A stretch of DNA of 64,000 nt from an uncultured Candidatus Saccharibacteria bacterium. Lineage in GTDB: Bacteria; Patescibacteriota; Saccharimonadia; Saccharimonadales; Saccharimonadaceae. The stretch is taken from contig CAZVBM010000002.1 in assembly GCA_964625885.1 (NCBI GenBank), positions 7,537 to 71,536 on the forward strand, given 5' to 3'. The position numbers and the translations under genes are program-made. Below are positions 62,307 to 64,000 of this stretch, piece by piece (the first letter of the stretch is position 1; each line of letters begins with the position of its first letter). The notes beneath the pieces were generated by a model. That model was not told where the DNA came from. It made no database searches and saw nothing but the letters and a program-made list of their open reading frames with translations.

Positions 62307-63761
62307 CTATTCAATCACATTGAACGCCTTGAGCGCCTCCGCTAGCTTGACATCACGCTGATTGCACCACGCCATATAAGCCGTCGCCGCGATAATCACC
62401 GCGTAAGCTAAAATTACTTGCCATAAATTAACCGTCACATCAATCTGCGCCAGTGGCAGGCCAGCAAACCAATTAGTTACGCCGATGACGTAATTTAATA
62501 CCAATTGCAGTGGCCAGACCAAAATCGCACCAACACCCGGTATAGCGCCAAACAACGACACTAACAAACTAAGTAGCATCAGAAGCGACGCCACTGGCAC
62601 GACTAGTAAATTAGTTAGCAAAGCCACCGTTGATAATTTACCAAAAAAGAAAATACTAATAGGTAAAGTAGCGATTTGCGCGGCGATTGATTCGGTCAGG
62701 AGCTGTTTTACAAAACCCAATTTAGTTTTGCCCCAAAAGTATTGACGCATAATCGGCCCAATTATTAATACGCCAGCGAAAGCCCCAAACGATAGATAAA
62801 ACGACGCATTGCCCCAGAGATAGAGTGGGTTCATTAGGACAGTTAGACCCAAAACCAGCAGTAAGATTCGCCCCGCCGAACTACGCCGACCATAATACCA
62901 ACCAACTAGCGAGATTAAACTGACTAGCCCTGCCCGCGTCATGCTTGATGACGCGCCAGTTATCATCGTAAATAGCCCAATCGCCGCCAAACCCAAAGCC
63001 AACGCCCAACGACGCGATCGCTTCTCACCCAACCTTTTGCCAGCTCGCACCACTGTCGTTAGGTGAAAACCGCTTGCCACTACCAGATGAGTCAGGCCAA
63101 CAATTTGCAGATTGAGCGTGAAGTTAGCCGGCAACTCACGTCGTTTGCCCGTTAAAAAAGCGCTGGCTAGGCTAGATTGCAAGGGTGACAAGTGATAATC
63201 CAAGTTATCAGTGAAAAAATTCCGCATTGCTAAACCCCAGCTGGTACTAGCCGCTACCTGCCCTAGTCGAGCATTTTTGAAGGCTACCTGATAGCCCGCC
63301 AGACCCTCAGACACCACTCCCGCAATCTCCAATCGATCACCCCGCTTCGCCACGCTCGACTGGCGTGACATCACTAAAATATCGCCGGGCAATTTCCTAC
63401 CATAGACCTCAATCTGATCCAGTCGATACACATACGCCCCCGACGTAGTTTTAGCGACATCGTCAAACAAAACTCCTGACAGCACCACCTCTTTATTCAC
63501 TAATTGGTCATACGCCTGTAATTGCTGACGAAATGACGTCGCATAACGCCAGCCTAGCAAAAAACCAACCAAAACCAAGATTAAAAGTGGCCAAATGGTT
63601 GTTTTAGTGGTCTTTATTAACACTGCTAACACGACCAGCAAAATTATCAAAACTACCCAAGAAACGTCCAGCCAGATAAAATATGCCGTCGCTACCCCAA
63701 GCGTAGTGCCCATCATCAACATGACTGGCCACCAAGACGGATGAAACTTCCGGCGCTGCAT
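62307..63761 (-). CDS. comEC: ComEC/Rec2-family competence membrane channel (no beta-lactamase domain)
   Basis: 484 aa with about 10 TM helices. N-terminal OB-like region plus the Competence domain pattern (GLTHLVVASGFHL). Confidence 0.8.
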   Translation of the reverse strand: MQRRKFHPSWWPVMLMMGTTLGVATAYFIWLDVSWVVLIILLVVLAVLIKTTKTTIWPLLILVLVGFLLGWRYATSFRQQLQAYDQLVNKEVVLSGVLFDDVAKTTSGAYVYRLDQIEVYGRKLPGDILVMSRQSSVAKRGDRLEIAGVVSEGLAGYQVAFKNARLGQVAASTSWGLAMRNFFTDNLDYHLSPLQSSLASAFLTGKRRELPANFTLNLQIVGLTHLVVASGFHLTTVVRAGKRLGEKRSRRWALALGLAAIGLFTMITGASSSMTRAGLVSLISLVGWYYGRRSSAGRILLLVLGLTVLMNPLYLWGNASFYLSFGAFAGVLIIGPIMRQYFWGKTKLGFVKQLLTESIAAQIATLPISIFFFGKLSTVALLTNLLVVPVASLLMLLSLLVSLFGAIPGVGAILVWPLQLVLNYVIGVTNWFAGLPLAQIDVTVNLWQVILAYAVIIAATAYMAWCNQRDVKLAEALKAFNVIE

Positions 63762-63821
63762 GGGTTTATCATCGCAAATCTGATCTGAATGCGCAAGCCG
63801 GTTGTACTAAGTATCTTAATA

Positions 63822-63850
63822 TTGACTTTTTATCAAGCTTATGCTATAAT
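63822..63850 (+). promoter_or_regulatory. Sigma70-like promoter (TTGACT, 17-nt spacer, TATAAT) driving a structured leader of about 130 nt at the window end
   Basis: ttgact at 63822-27 and tataat at 63845-50. A long hairpin at 63924-63966 overlaps a second hairpin, ggaggtg-a-cacctcc (63964-78). An ATG lies at 63986. Confidence 0.5.
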
Positions 63851-64000
63851 GAAGTCATTGAGTTACAAGATAGCTCAACGCACCTTAAGGTTAGGTTAAG
63901 GACTTGGTTAATCCATCAGTCATCTCCAGATTAGGGTTTGTTCAAAACACAAATCCTAACCTGGAGGTGACACCTCCAAAAAATCATGGCAAGCGCGGCC

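Overview
The window is a gene-dense, mostly minus-strand segment of a reduced bacterial genome. Gene content points to Patescibacteria/CPR, possibly Saccharibacteria. This is an inference and was not checked against any database. Supporting content includes short AlaRS and TsaB, MurT/GatD, type IV pilins and many cell-wall remodelling genes, with almost no biosynthesis. The standard genetic code fits, because long ORFs are intact.

Recognisable genes, in order:
- DNA repair, division and tRNA functions: uvrA, sbcB, obg, a LysM-CHAP hydrolase, mltG, ruvX, ftsA, alaS, mnmA, a cysteine desulfurase, tatD, metG, rsmA, a G5/3D protein and pcrA.
- Glycolysis: tpiA-pgk-pyk.
- Accessory plus-strand segment: two membrane proteins and an LPXTG surface protein.
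- Signalling and pili: a histidine kinase with a divergent receiver, and a five-gene type IV pilin cluster.
- Cell wall and nucleotide metabolism: murB, thyA/folA/tmk, an HTH-MurA fusion, a membrane-anchored double-AAA+ Clp-like protein, murT-gatD and a NodB deacetylase.
- Remaining genes: an SDR protein, rny, tsaB-tsaE and comEC.
- Nine tRNA genes: Glu, Arg-UCG, His, Lys, Gly, Arg-UCU and three Pro.

The most unusual signal is non-coding. Six of the nine tRNA genes are followed by one to three tandem units of about 100-190 bp. The ends of each unit copy the T-arm and 3' acceptor sequence of the adjacent cognate tRNA. One copy is an exact 18-nt duplicate. Unit interiors share motifs across loci, including a 61-nt block that is 59/61 identical between the tRNA-Arg and tRNA-Lys loci.

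A second insert type has a core of about 60 nt that is conserved between two copies. Unrelated 20-bp closing helices enclose it, and an inner stem shows two compensatory base-pair changes, which suggests a structured RNA or ssDNA element.

A related hairpin module with compensatory changes precedes both murT-gatD and the peptidoglycan deacetylase gene. No integrase, transposase, CRISPR array or rRNA was seen.
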